Origin: Vulcanimicrobiota bacterium
GTDB lineage: Bacteria; Vulcanimicrobiota; Vulcanimicrobiia; Vulcanimicrobiales; Vulcanimicrobiaceae
DNA length: 64,000 nucleotides
Assembly (NCBI GenBank): GCA_963714015.1
Contig: OY970223.1
Location: forward strand, 2,272,001-2,336,000
Reading direction: 5' to 3'
Below are positions 10,833 to 21,246 of the stretch, one piece after another (position 1 is the stretch's first letter; each line of letters starts with the position of its first letter). The translations under genes and the position numbers were made by a program. Under the pieces are notes generated by a model that was given only the letters and a program-made list of their open reading frames with translations, had not been told where the DNA came from and did no database searches.

Positions 10833-11344
10833 TGCAGTATCGTGGTGGTCGCGATCGCGACAATTCGGGATTCGAAGAGACAGTCGTCCGAGTGAACCGC
10901 GTCGCCAAAGTGGTCAAGGGCGGTAAGCGCTTCAGCTTCAGCGCTTTGGTCGTTGTCGGCGATCGCAAAGGCAAGGTCGGTTTCGCTATCGGCAAGGCCG
11001 GCGAAGTCCCCGAAGCAATCCGCAAAGCCGTTGAGGCGGCCAAGAAAAACCTCGTCTCCGTGCCGATGGTCGAGAAGACGATCCCGCATCAGGTCAATCA
11101 TTCGATCGGTGCGGCGCGCGTGCTCCTCAAACCCGCGGCGCCCGGTACCGGGGTCATTGCGGGCGGCGCTATGCGCGCGGTGCTGGAGCTCGCGGGCATT
11201 CACGACATTCTGACCAAGTCGCTCGGAACGAACAATCCGATCAACGTCGTCTACGCGACGGTAGAAGCGCTGCGTTCGCTCAAGACGGCGGAGCAAGTTG
11301 CATCGATGCGCGGCAAGAACGTCGGCGAAATCTTCGCGGCATAA
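10832..11344 (+). CDS. rpsE: 30S ribosomal protein S5
   Basis: [23 protein letters not shown]...PGTGVIAGG. Confidence 0.98.
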   Translation: MQYRGGRDRDNSGFEETVVRVNRVAKVVKGGKRFSFSALVVVGDRKGKVGFAIGKAGEVPEAIRKAVEAAKKNLVSVPMVEKTIPHQVNHSIGAARVLLKPAAPGTGVIAGGAMRAVLELAGIHDILTKSLGTNNPINVVYATVEALRSLKTAEQVASMRGKNVGEIFAA

Positions 11345-11358
11345 GAAAGCACACGAAC

Positions 11359-11961
11359 ATGGCAGAGAAGAAAACGTCCAAAGCCGCAACCTCGCGCAAG
11401 AAGGCTCCGGCGGCAAAGGCGGCAGCAAAGAAGCGAAGCACGGCAAGTGCCGTCACCGCCGCCGCGATTGCGTCCGGGAGCGGCTCGATGTCGCTTGGAA
11501 AGCTCAAACCGGCCGAAGGCAGCTGGCCCAAGCGCACGCGCGTGGGCCGCGGTCACGGTTCCGGAATGGTTAAGACCGGCGGCGAAGGCGGCAAAGGTCA
11601 GACGGTGCGTTCCGGCGGCGGTAAAGGTCCGGCGTTCGAAGGCGGACAGACACCTTGGCAGCGCCGTCTTCCGCATCGTCGCGGCTACTCGCAAAAAGCC
11701 CGCGACATCGGTCATTTCCGGACCGAGCTCGCGGTTGTAAATCTGCATGACCTTGCGGACTGGGACGCCTCGGTCGAAGTGACGCCGCAGACGCTCAAGG
11801 TCGCGAAGAAGATCAAAGCCGTGCGCGACGGCGTGAAGGTCCTCGGCGGTAGCAAGGCGGGGAAGACGCTTCCGAACGGCCTTCGTTTCCGCGACGTTTT
11901 ATTCTCGACCAGCGCAAAGGAAGCACTGCAAGCCGCCGGCGCCACCTTCGATGCTGAATAA
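11359..11961 (+). CDS. rplO: 50S ribosomal protein L15 with Lys/Ala-rich N-terminal extension
   Basis: RVGRGHGSG..KT.G.G.KGQ..RSG...FEGGQTP..RRLP. Confidence 0.95.
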   Translation: MAEKKTSKAATSRKKAPAAKAAAKKRSTASAVTAAAIASGSGSMSLGKLKPAEGSWPKRTRVGRGHGSGMVKTGGEGGKGQTVRSGGGKGPAFEGGQTPWQRRLPHRRGYSQKARDIGHFRTELAVVNLHDLADWDASVEVTPQTLKVAKKIKAVRDGVKVLGGSKAGKTLPNGLRFRDVLFSTSAKEALQAAGATFDAE

Positions 11962-13255
11962 TCTTCGCGCAGCTCTGCTCGTACCGGACATCCGCAAGCG
12001 GGTGCTCTTCGTGTTCGGCGCGTTCGCGACGTTCGTCTTTATGATCCACGTGCAGCTGCCGAACATCGATGAAAAAGTTTGGCAGCAGGTGCTCTCGCAG
12101 GGCGCGTTCTTCAACCTGCTCGGCTTTCTGTCGGGCGGCGCACTGCAGAAGCTCTCCATCATTGCGATGGGCATCACCCCGTACATCAACGCGTCGATCA
12201 TCATGCAGCTCATGACGGTGGTGCTGCCGCAACTCGAAGAGATGGCCAAGAAAGGCGGCGAGGAAGGCCGCAAGAAGATCGGTCAGTACACTCGCTGGCT
12301 AACGATTGTGCTCGCTGCACTCCAATCGTTTTTCATGGCCAATCTGATGCGCAACTCCGGCGTGTTCTACGACCGGAGCATCTGGTTTCTGCTCTTCGCG
12401 ATGCTGGCGTTCGTCGCCGGTACGCTGTTCCTGATGTGGCTCGGCGAGCAGGTCACCGACAAGGGCATCGGCAACGGCGTCTCGCTGATCATCTTCATCG
12501 GTATCGTGCTGCGCTATCCGCAGTACGTAGCCCAAACGTTCGCCTCGACCTCCAAAGGCGGCGAGTCCGTTTTCAACATCCTCATTTACGTCCTGATAGC
12601 GATAGGCGTAATCATCTCGATCGTCTTCCTTTATCAAGGGCAGCGCCGCATTCCGGTGCAGCAGGCGCGCCGCGTCGTGGGCCGCAAGATGTTCGCGGGC
12701 CGCTCCACGTATATTCCGTTGCGGCTGAACAACGCGGGCGTCATCTCGATCATCTTCGCAATCTCGCTGCTGCTGCTTCCCCAGCAAGTTCTCTCGTGGG
12801 TCAACAAGGCGCAGAACGGCGGCTCGTCCAGCGGATTCATGGGCGGCCTCTCGACGTTCTTCCAGGTCTACTTCCACCCGCAGTCGGCGCTGTACAACAT
12901 CGTCTATTTCGTGCTGGTCGTCGTCTTCACGTTCTTCTACAGCGCGATCGTCATCAACACCAAAGACATCGCGGACAACCTGAAAAAGAGCGGGTCGTTC
13001 ATCCCGGGAATCCGTCCGGGTCAACCGACGGTCGACTACATCAATCGCATCTTGCTGCGAATCACGACGGCCGCCGCGATCTATCTCGGATTGCTCGCGG
13101 TCGTGCCCAGCATTGCCCAGCAAGGACTCTCCGTTACTACGTTCTACTTGGGTTCAACGTCACTGCTGATCGTGGTCGGCGTGGCGCTGGATACGATCAC
13201 GCAGATCGAGGCGCGCCTGGCGATGCGCGACTACAAGGGATTCATCCGCAGGTAG
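11951..13255 (+). CDS. secY: Preprotein translocase subunit SecY
   Basis: SIIAMGITPYINASII, GIGNGVSLIIF, FIPGIRPG, GSTSLLIVVGVALD; multiple TM segments. Confidence 0.98.
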   Translation: MLNNLRAALLVPDIRKRVLFVFGAFATFVFMIHVQLPNIDEKVWQQVLSQGAFFNLLGFLSGGALQKLSIIAMGITPYINASIIMQLMTVVLPQLEEMAKKGGEEGRKKIGQYTRWLTIVLAALQSFFMANLMRNSGVFYDRSIWFLLFAMLAFVAGTLFLMWLGEQVTDKGIGNGVSLIIFIGIVLRYPQYVAQTFASTSKGGESVFNILIYVLIAIGVIISIVFLYQGQRRIPVQQARRVVGRKMFAGRSTYIPLRLNNAGVISIIFAISLLLLPQQVLSWVNKAQNGGSSSGFMGGLSTFFQVYFHPQSALYNIVYFVLVVVFTFFYSAIVINTKDIADNLKKSGSFIPGIRPGQPTVDYINRILLRITTAAAIYLGLLAVVPSIAQQGLSVTTFYLGSTSLLIVVGVALDTITQIEARLAMRDYKGFIRR

Positions 13256-13262
13256 GGGCGTA

Positions 13263-13928
13263 GTGCGGTTGATCTTCATCGGTCCGCCCGGCGCGGGCAA
13301 GGGCACGCAGGCAAAGATTCTGCAAGAGCGCTTCGGCGCCAAGCAGATCTCGACCGGCGACATCTTGCGTGAGAATCGGGAGCAAGGAACGGAGCTCGGC
13401 AAGCTCGCGGCGAGCTTCATGCAGAGCGGCGCGCTGGTTCCGGACGAGGTCATCATCAAGATGATCGAAGCGGAGCTCGACAAGCTCGACGGCGGTTTCA
13501 TCATGGACGGTTTTCCACGAACGGTCGCGCAGGCGGAAGCGTTCGACTGTTTATTGCAGGGCAAGAACCTCGTCCTCGACGGCGTGGTTCACTTCAACGC
13601 GGACCGCGCAACGCTGCTTACGCGTCTGACGGCGCGCTGGACGAACCCGCGCAACGGCCAAACCTACAACACCGTGACCAATCCGCCGCGCGTTTCGGGT
13701 GTGGACGACGAAGACGGCGGCCCGCTCGTGCAGCGTGAGGACGACAAACCGGAAACCGTTACGAAGCGTCTGGACGTGTACGAGGAGCAAACCGCGCCGC
13801 TTGTCTCCTACTATCGCGGGACGGGAAAACTCGTCGAAGTGAACGCGCTTGCGCCGGTTCCTGCGGTCACCGAAGAGATCGTTTCGAAGATCGGTGTGCA
13901 CGCCGCCGGGCGCAACGCGGCGCAATGA
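13263..13928 (+). CDS. adk: Adenylate kinase
   Basis: GPPGAGKGTQ P-loop, STGDILR, DGFPRT. Confidence 0.97.
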   Translation: MRLIFIGPPGAGKGTQAKILQERFGAKQISTGDILRENREQGTELGKLAASFMQSGALVPDEVIIKMIEAELDKLDGGFIMDGFPRTVAQAEAFDCLLQGKNLVLDGVVHFNADRATLLTRLTARWTNPRNGQTYNTVTNPPRVSGVDDEDGGPLVQREDDKPETVTKRLDVYEEQTAPLVSYYRGTGKLVEVNALAPVPAVTEEIVSKIGVHAAGRNAAQ

Positions 13929-14728
13929 TCACGATCAAGTCGGCCCGTGAAATCGAGGTGATGCGGCGCAGCGGAAAGGTCAACGCCAAGGTGCTGGCCG
14001 ATCTGATGCGCGCGGCCAAGCCCGGCATGACGACGCGCGATCTCGACAAGATGGCCGAGCAAGGCATTCGATCGCTGGGCGCTGAGCCGACGTTCAAAGG
14101 TTATCACGGGTATACGTGTTCGATCTGCACGTCGGCGAACGATCAAGTCGTGCACGGAATTCCCGGCGACTACGCTTTGAAGGAAGGCGACCTGCTCTCG
14201 ATCGACATCGGGGCGACGCTCGAGGGCTACGTCAGCGACTCGGCTGTAACGATTCCGATCGGCAAAGTCTCCGAGGACGCTCAGCGGCTGATGCACGTGA
14301 CGCAGGAGTGCTTAATGATTGGAATCGCGCAGATGTATCGGGGCAAGCATTTGGGCGACATCGGCCACGCGGTTCAAAAGCACGCCGAATCGCACGGATA
14401 CGGCGTGGTCCGCGAACTAGTCGGGCACGGCGTCGGAACGAAAATGCACGAGGAGCCGCAAGTCCCGAACTACGGCAAGGCAGGCGGGGGGTTGGAGCTT
14501 CGGTCGGGGCTTGTCCTGGCCATCGAGCCCATGATAACGCAAGGCCACTACGCCGTGGAAACGCTCAAGGACGGCTGGACAGTGGTGACCGCAGATGGTA
14601 AACTCGCAGCGCACTTCGAGCACACCATCGCCATCACCGACGACGGCCCCAAGATTCTTACCTTGCGCGAAATCGGGGAGCATCCCGACGTCGCGAAGTA
14701 CCGGCCAAAGGAAGAGATGGCCGCATGA
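13925..14728 (+). CDS. map: Type I methionine aminopeptidase
   Basis: VVHGIP, IDIG, GHGVG..MHEEP, AIEPMI, AHFEHT. Confidence 0.97.
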   Translation: MITIKSAREIEVMRRSGKVNAKVLADLMRAAKPGMTTRDLDKMAEQGIRSLGAEPTFKGYHGYTCSICTSANDQVVHGIPGDYALKEGDLLSIDIGATLEGYVSDSAVTIPIGKVSEDAQRLMHVTQECLMIGIAQMYRGKHLGDIGHAVQKHAESHGYGVVRELVGHGVGTKMHEEPQVPNYGKAGGGLELRSGLVLAIEPMITQGHYAVETLKDGWTVVTADGKLAAHFEHTIAITDDGPKILTLREIGEHPDVAKYRPKEEMAA

Positions 14729-14731
14729 GGT

Positions 14732-15007
14732 GGTGCTCGATGGGGCGCGGAGGCTAGGCCGAAGCGCCGTTAGAAATCGTCCCGGCGCCCCTCGGGGAGG
14801 CTTGGACCGGCAACAAAGCACTAGGGCGCCTGAGGAATCGGGGGCCCCATGAAATGGGGGGCGCGGAGGCTAGGCCGAAGCGCCGCTAGATCGAGCAAAA
14901 TCGTCCCGGCGCCCCTCGGGGAGGCTTGGACGGCAACAAAGCACTAGGGCGCCTGAGGAATCGGGGGCCCCATGAAATGGGGGGCGCGGAGGCTAGGCCG
15001 AAGCGCC
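14732..15007 (+). repeat. Junction repeat elements E (short, 14732-14768), F (14784-14884) and G (14908-15007); F and G near-identical tandem copies
   Basis: Direct repeat with ~124-nt period differing by one indel in the element; shared termini GGCGC...GAAGCGCC. Confidence 0.9.
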
Positions 15008-15014
15008 GTTAGAT

Positions 15015-15131
15015 ATGAAAGTCAGACCGTCAGTAAAACGAATCTGTGAAAAATGCAAAATCATTCGCCGCGAAGGTAAAGTGCGCGTGATCTGCGAGGT
15101 CAATCCCAAGCACAAGCAAGTGCAGGGTTAG
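15015..15131 (+). CDS. rpmJ: 50S ribosomal protein L36
   Basis: Read from sequence: [38 protein letters not shown] (below ORF-track cutoff). Confidence 0.97.
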   Translation: MKVRPSVKRICEKCKIIRREGKVRVICEVNPKHKQVQG

Positions 15132-15185
15132 GCTTATAAACGCTACCCTTCGACCAGCTCAGGATCATAAGGAAGAATTTAAAAA

Positions 15186-15572
15186 ATGGCACGTATAGCC
15201 GGTATCGACCTTCCCCGCGACAAGCGCATCGAGATCGCGCTTACGTACATCTACGGGATCGGTCTGAGGACCTCGCAGAAGCTGCTCGCGCACGCGGGAA
15301 TCAGCCCGGATCTGCGCGTCAAAGAGTTGAGCGAAGATCACGAGAAGAAGCTGCGCGACGCGATCGACGCGGTCGGGATAAAAGTCGAAGGCGATCTGCG
15401 GCGCGAGGTCGGCTCGCACATCAAGCGGCTGATGGATATCGGCTGCTATCGCGGCATTCGGCACCGGCGCGGCCTTCCGGTCCGCGGCCAGCGTACCAAG
15501 ACCAACGCGCGCACGCGGAAGGGCCCGAAGAAAACGGTCGGCAACCGGAAAAAAGCGGCCGCTAAGAAGTAG
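15186..15572 (+). CDS. rpsM: 30S ribosomal protein S13
   Basis: [10 protein letters not shown]...[26 protein letters not shown]. Confidence 0.98.
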   Translation: MARIAGIDLPRDKRIEIALTYIYGIGLRTSQKLLAHAGISPDLRVKELSEDHEKKLRDAIDAVGIKVEGDLRREVGSHIKRLMDIGCYRGIRHRRGLPVRGQRTKTNARTRKGPKKTVGNRKKAAAKK

Positions 15573-15597
15573 CATTTTCGACGGAACGGACTTTCGG

Positions 15598-15626
15598 AGC
15601 AGGCTCGATATCGAGCCTGCTTTCTT
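15598..15626 (+). terminator. Putative intrinsic terminator after rpsM
   Basis: Perfect palindrome AGCAGGCTCGATATCGAGCCTGCT followed by TTCTT. Confidence 0.65.
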
Positions 15627-15769
15627 AATAAGGAACGCAGGGAAGATCTACGAAGATAGCGCGCCGCTTCATGGAACGGTATTCGTCCATGAACGCAGTA
15701 TACGCCGGCGTTCGCAGAGCCGGCAGCGCCGGCCCGGCCGCAAAACGGACACTCTGAACCGCATACGGG

Positions 15770-16621
15770 ATGATTTACGTCGGGACGTGCGGTTATTCGT
15801 ACAAGGACTGGATGGGGCCGTTCTATCCGGGAACCGCCCGCAGGAACGAGATGCTGGCCTTTTATGCCGCTCACTTCCGCGCCGTCGAGATCGACGCGTC
15901 GTTTTACGGCGTTCTCGCCCCACGAATAGTTTCGCGAATGCATGCCGTCACGCCGGACGGCTTCCGGTTCTGTTTCAAGGTTCCGCGCACGCTCACGCAC
16001 GAGCCCGACCTCGTGACCCCGCACGTGCATCCGGATGCAAAAGCGTTTAGCGAAAGCGTGATGCCGCTTCGGCAGGATGGGAAACTGGGTGCCGCGCTGC
16101 TGCAGTTTCCGAACGGCTTCAAACCGGTTGATGATGCCGTTGCGTACATACGGCGTTTGGCGGCAGCTCTCGATCGGTTGCCGCTGGTTGCCGAATTTCG
16201 CAATCGTGAATGGCAGAACGGCCGCACATTGGAAATGCTGGCCGACCTTGGCATCGGCTGGTGCAACGTCGACATGCCGCAGTACGAGTCGCTGATGTTG
16301 CCGGCTTCGGACGTCACGAGCAGCATCGGTTACGTGCGCTTTCACGGACGCAATGCTGCGCAATGGTGGACCGGCAACAACACGACGCGCTACGACTATC
16401 TCTATGCGCCGGATGAACTGGTGCCCTGGAGCGATCGCGTCGCTGAAATCGAAGAGAGCGTCGAGCAAACGTACGCGTTTTTCAATAATCACGCACGCGG
16501 TAACGCCGTTCGCAACGCGGAGATGTTTGCCCAGATTCTGAGCGAGCGTTACGGCGAGGCCGCCGCGGGAATACTTCCGGAACGTGGGGGCGGCCCCATG
16601 CAAAGATCGCTTTTCGACTAA
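15770..16621 (+). CDS. DUF72 (YecE-like) family protein
   Basis: IYVGTCGYSYKDW.G.FYP, VEIDASFY, LLQFP, AEFRN.EW, YVRFHGRN, YAFFNNH. Confidence 0.9.
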   Translation: MIYVGTCGYSYKDWMGPFYPGTARRNEMLAFYAAHFRAVEIDASFYGVLAPRIVSRMHAVTPDGFRFCFKVPRTLTHEPDLVTPHVHPDAKAFSESVMPLRQDGKLGAALLQFPNGFKPVDDAVAYIRRLAAALDRLPLVAEFRNREWQNGRTLEMLADLGIGWCNVDMPQYESLMLPASDVTSSIGYVRFHGRNAAQWWTGNNTTRYDYLYAPDELVPWSDRVAEIEESVEQTYAFFNNHARGNAVRNAEMFAQILSERYGEAAAGILPERGGGPMQRSLFD

Positions 16622-18757
16622 CGCGAAGGCTCGAGCACGAGCCGCGACCGGGCGGCGCGCAGAATCGCCGCGCGCGAAAACGGCAACTGCTGCATTACGC
16701 CGCGCACCCATTGGTTGCGCAGATCGTCATAATGCGGTGATGCGCGCTCTCCGGACTCGCCGCCGGGAATGCTTAAGCCGCCGGCATCCCAAGCTCCGGC
16801 TTCCCAGACGGATCGAAAACTCTGCGAAAGGTCGGGCGTCTGCACGCGTATGGTGAATTCGTCACCGTCACCGGGGAGCGGCACCCCGTTCAAAAACGGA
16901 AAGCCGATCGGCCCGAAGGGATGCAGGGCCGGAATGCTTCCGGCCCGCGACCACGGTTGCGGCGTCGCGAACTGAGCGGCAGTGCGCAGCGAATCTAGCG
17001 TCGTTTCCGGCAGATCGTTCGAACGAACGGCATCCAAGGCCGAATAGGGAGAGGGTTCGGAATCTTCCGCGGCAGTGCGCAGCCGGTGCTCCAACGTCGC
17101 TGTCATGGAGCGAGGAAAAAAGGATCCGTTCCAGCGTGAAAGCGCTGCTTGCTGCGTGCTCGATAGGATCCCGGCGTGCCTTCGCGCGTATGCAGCCAAA
17201 CGATGCGCGAATTCCGCATCCGCCGGCGAAACCGCGTCCAGCTGCATCCGTTCGAAATATGCGGCATCGTACGAAGAGCGCGTGCGAAGAAGCTGCGCGA
17301 TGCGGTACGCGCGGTACGGCGGCGCAAACATCGCAGAAAGGCGGTACGGGTATGCCGGCCGGTACATTTTGTTGTTCGCGCTGATCGAGATCAGATCGCG
17401 CGAAGGCCTCGCGTTCGGCAATCGATCGAACGGCACGTCGCCGTACGTCTTGGAAATATCGCTCGCGGGGTGCACGTACCGGCCCCACGCCGGATCGTTC
17501 GCGATCGGTCCCGCCAAATGATACGCGACGCGCCCGTCGGAGGCGGCAAGCAAGAAATTCTGCGGGGGGCCCGCGTACGAGCGCAGCGCCTTCAGAGCAT
17601 GAGCGAGATCGGGCGCGCGGTCCAGCGCCAGCACGGTGGTAAGCGCCGATCGGGAATCGGCGTACGGCGCCCAGCGCACGAGCATCGGGCCTTGCTGCAG
17701 CTGCGGCACGAGTTCGAAATCGCGGCGGGTTCCGCAATAACGCCGCAGGCGATCGCGTGCGAAGCGGACGTGAAAGAGCTCCATGCGGCAGCGCGAGGCG
17801 CGTGCGCCGCCGCGGAACACGCTGAGGGTTGCGGCCATTGCGTTTGTCGCGGCCCAGGCGAGTCGATCGTTGTGTCCGAGCACGACGCCGGGAATACCCG
17901 GAATGGTAACGCCGGCAACGTGAAGGGCAGGCGAATGCATCTCGACCAGATACCAGATTCCCGGTAGTTCCGGTGTAAGGTGCGGATCGTTCGCGATGAG
18001 CGCGTGACCGTCGACACTATGAGCGGCGCCGGCGGCCCAGGCATTGCTCCCGAATGCCACGTCGTAGCGATCGTCGGAGAGCGGAAACAATCGGGCGTAC
18101 TGAGGATGCGTCGTGCTGCGCCAAAGCGCGTCCCGAGCGATCACGTTAGCCGGCGTGTCGCCGACCGATATCGAGATGGCGAGAGCAACCGCAAGCGAGT
18201 CGCGCGGATCCCAAGGGCGCGGCTGGTACATGAGGAGCCGGAATTCGAGTGGACGCGGCTGCGAGCGCATCGCCGCGTTGACGCCGTTGCCGAACGCCGA
18301 CAGTGCGCGCCGATCTTCGGGCCCCAGTGCACGCCATTCACGGTCCACGACGTCGCGCACGTCGTACGCCCGCATCTGCTCGTCGGTGGAAAATTGGATG
18401 GAACCGAGTACTTCGGAGAGCTCGCCCGTACACGTAGCGGCGAAACAGGTCCATTTGGAAGAGACGATCCGACGCTTGAGCAAAACCTTCGGCGAAGAAG
18501 GCCGCGCCTTCACTGTCCGCCTGGATGTACGGAACCCCGCGATCGTCGCGAAGAATCGCTGCCGGCGCTCCGAGCAGCGGAACCCGCAACGTCCCCGTCG
18601 TCTGCGACGTGCGCACTAAGGCGCCTCCCGAGTAGAGTGCGTACGCCGTGCCGCATCCGGCGATAACGACCGCCCAGGCTTGGACGTGCCGCAGTAAGAT
18701 GCGGGCGACTCCGCCGCGAGCCGCGCGCACGGCTTTCTCCTTGTCCGCTAAATCCAT
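16618..18757 (-). CDS. Penicillin acylase family (Ntn hydrolase, peptidase S45) protein; +1 frameshift near ~18425
   Basis: RDDRGVPYI...GFAQASDRLFQMDL in ORF 18338-18979; GSNAW nucleophile and ANDPHL in ORF 16618-18513. Confidence 0.85.
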
Positions 18758-18832
18758 TCCGGCGTCCCCTCGTGCAGTAATTCTATCGCCCCCCGCCTCA
18801 ACCGGTGACGGGGAAGCACCGAATACTGGACT

Positions 18833-21246
18833 ATGGTCTTGCCAGGGCTCGCGAAAGCGCCGCCTCTGCGACTGCTTGAGCGCAAGCGGCTGACGGAGCT
18901 CTTCGAACGCGCCTCGCAGGCCCGGATTGTTCTTTGCGTGGCGCCTCCCGGTCACGGCAAGACGGTCGCGCTGGAGCAATTCCTCGACGCTCGAGGCACC
19001 GAAGCAATACGAATCGTTCCGGACGAGGCGTACGGCGGTCTCTTCTCGTTCGTGCGTTCGCTGGCGAGCGAGCTCTCCCGGGCCCTCGACCGGCCCGAGC
19101 TCTCGTTCTCCGCTGTCTACGACCGGGTCGCCGCGTCCGTTGCGCCGGAGGCCGAACTGGCGCGCTGGCTACGATCGCAGATCCCCTCGCACGAACTCTG
19201 CATCACCATCGACAATCTGGAGCGCGCTGCCGCGGATGGCCGCACCGTCCGGTTTCTAGACTCCATCGTGCGCGAGACGCCTCAGTTCAAATGGCATCTC
19301 CTCTCGCGGACGGCGGGGTCGCTTCCGGTCCCCAACTGGATGGCGGACGGGCTGATGGACTTTCCCATCGACCAGGATGCTCTGGCGTTCGACACGGCCG
19401 AGACCTTGCAGCTTGGAGCGCTTTACGGCAAGGATCTTTCCCCTGAAAATGCGGCCGCGCTCGACTCGCAGCTTGGCGGGTGGGCGCTGGGCCTCTGCTC
19501 GCGTTTTCGCTATGGTTCGCCTTTCGAGGACGTCCGGTACGACCAGCGCAATCCCGCCGAAGCCTACCGCTCGCTGCTGGAACGATGCTATCGAGCCTGC
19601 AGCGATGCCGAATCCGATCTGCTGCTCGACACGGCATTGATGCATCGGCTGCATCCCGCTGCACTGCAAGTGCTCGGCTGGAAAAACGCCGAGCGCAAGC
19701 TGCGGGCGCTCCGGGCGCACTTTCCGCATTTCTTCAACTCGGCATGCGACGTGCTGACCTACGGCGATCTCACACGAGCCTATCTTGTCGACCGCTTGCG
19801 CGATCGAGGGGCCCAGGCTTGTTCTTCTGCGGTAGAACGGTGCGGCGGCGCTCTCGAGCGAGCCGGCCAACCCGGCGAGGCGCTTTCATTATATGTCGAG
19901 CACGCGGCCGCGGGTGCGATCGGCGCGCTCTTGGAACGGCACGGCTTTCCGCTGGTGGACGGAGGTTACGGCGATCTCGTCAACGCCGCGCTGCGAATAT
20001 TGCCCGGAGAGCCCGGAATTGCGCGGCCGGTGACGCTCGCGCTGCGCGGATCGTACGAAGCAAGTCTGGGGCGCAGCGACGTTGCCGAAGCCTGGTTCGT
20101 GCACGCACTCCGTCAGTCCGGCGGCGCGATTCACGACGAAATTACTTACCGCCACGCGTGTGATTTGCTTCGGCGGCAGCGGGTCGGACTGCATCGGATT
20201 CTTTGAGGGCCTGGTGACGCGCGCGCAGGATGCGGAGATGCTGGCGAATGCGCGATCGGCTCTGGCCCAGGCATATTTCTTGGAAGACCGCGTCGACGAG
20301 GCGCGTCGATGCATGCACGAAGCAGTTTCGGGCTTACAAGGGATTTCCAACGAGGAGGTCGTGGCGCGTACGCTGGGACGAGCCGCTTACGTCTGCTTGT
20401 ATTCCGAGGACTTGAAGGCCGCCGAGCATTTTGCACGGCGAGCACTCGATCTCGCCGGACCGGCCCATCAGTACGTGACCGCGATCGGGGCGCTCTCGGT
20501 GCTTTACAGCGTTGCATGCGAGCGCGGAAGAGTAGACGATGCGCTCGAGCATTTGCTTCGTTTGGGAGAGTACAGCACCTACACCGGAAATCTCGATTTT
20601 CAGCTCTACGCGTTGACGGGGAGTTACGAGCTCTACGCGGAGCGCTACGATCTCCAAGGCATCTCGCGCTGCGAGTCCGCGCTCGCCTCGTTCGATCTGC
20701 ATTATGACACGAACACGACCCTCGAGGCGCTGCTGCCGGCTCGCGCCCTGCAATGTGCGTGGCGCGGCGAATTCGACCGTGCGTACGCGCTGCTTGCGCC
20801 GAGCGCCTCGCAACAACGCGGCGCCGATTGGAAGGCCCAGCGGCATGCCGAGCTTGCTCTGTACGCAGCAGCGTCGGAGCGCGATGCCGACGCGTCCTCG
20901 CATTTGGACTCTGCGGAAGAAGCGCTCGGAGAATGCGCGTCCGGGACGCACGCATGGACGCAGACTCACGTTTTGATCGGCCTGGCGTACAGTCTGAAAC
21001 GCAGAACTGCCGAAGCGGAGCGATGCTTTGAAAGTGCACGCAGTTCTACCGCACAATACCAGCGGCTGGCAAAATTCGTCGACGCGGCGCGCGAGCTCCA
21101 TCGCCGCTTGAACGGCGCCGTCAATCATGCCGCGCTCTTTGACGCTTTGCATGAGCTCATACGGCTCGCAGCTCGGGGGCTACTCGAAGATGCTCGAGCA
21201 GATTCCGGCTCCGGACCACCGCAGTCCGGTGAGGCTGGCCGGATGA
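18833..21246 (+). CDS. MalT-like P-loop ATPase plus helical/TPR-like repeats, no obvious LuxR HTH; +1 frameshifts near ~20180 and ~21165
   Basis: LERKRL...VAPPGHGKT Walker A, TIDNLE Walker B, LAFDTAE, GGWALGL; corrected C-terminus ...LGGYSKMLEQIPAP...RLAG* ends in an ATGA overlap at 21243-21246. Confidence 0.7.

Noticed and set aside
3820..13263. Long antisense or alternate-frame ORFs over ribosomal genes (e.g. 3820-5397, 12079-13263)
   Set aside because: Shadow ORFs expected from GC-rich codon bias; no protein-like motifs
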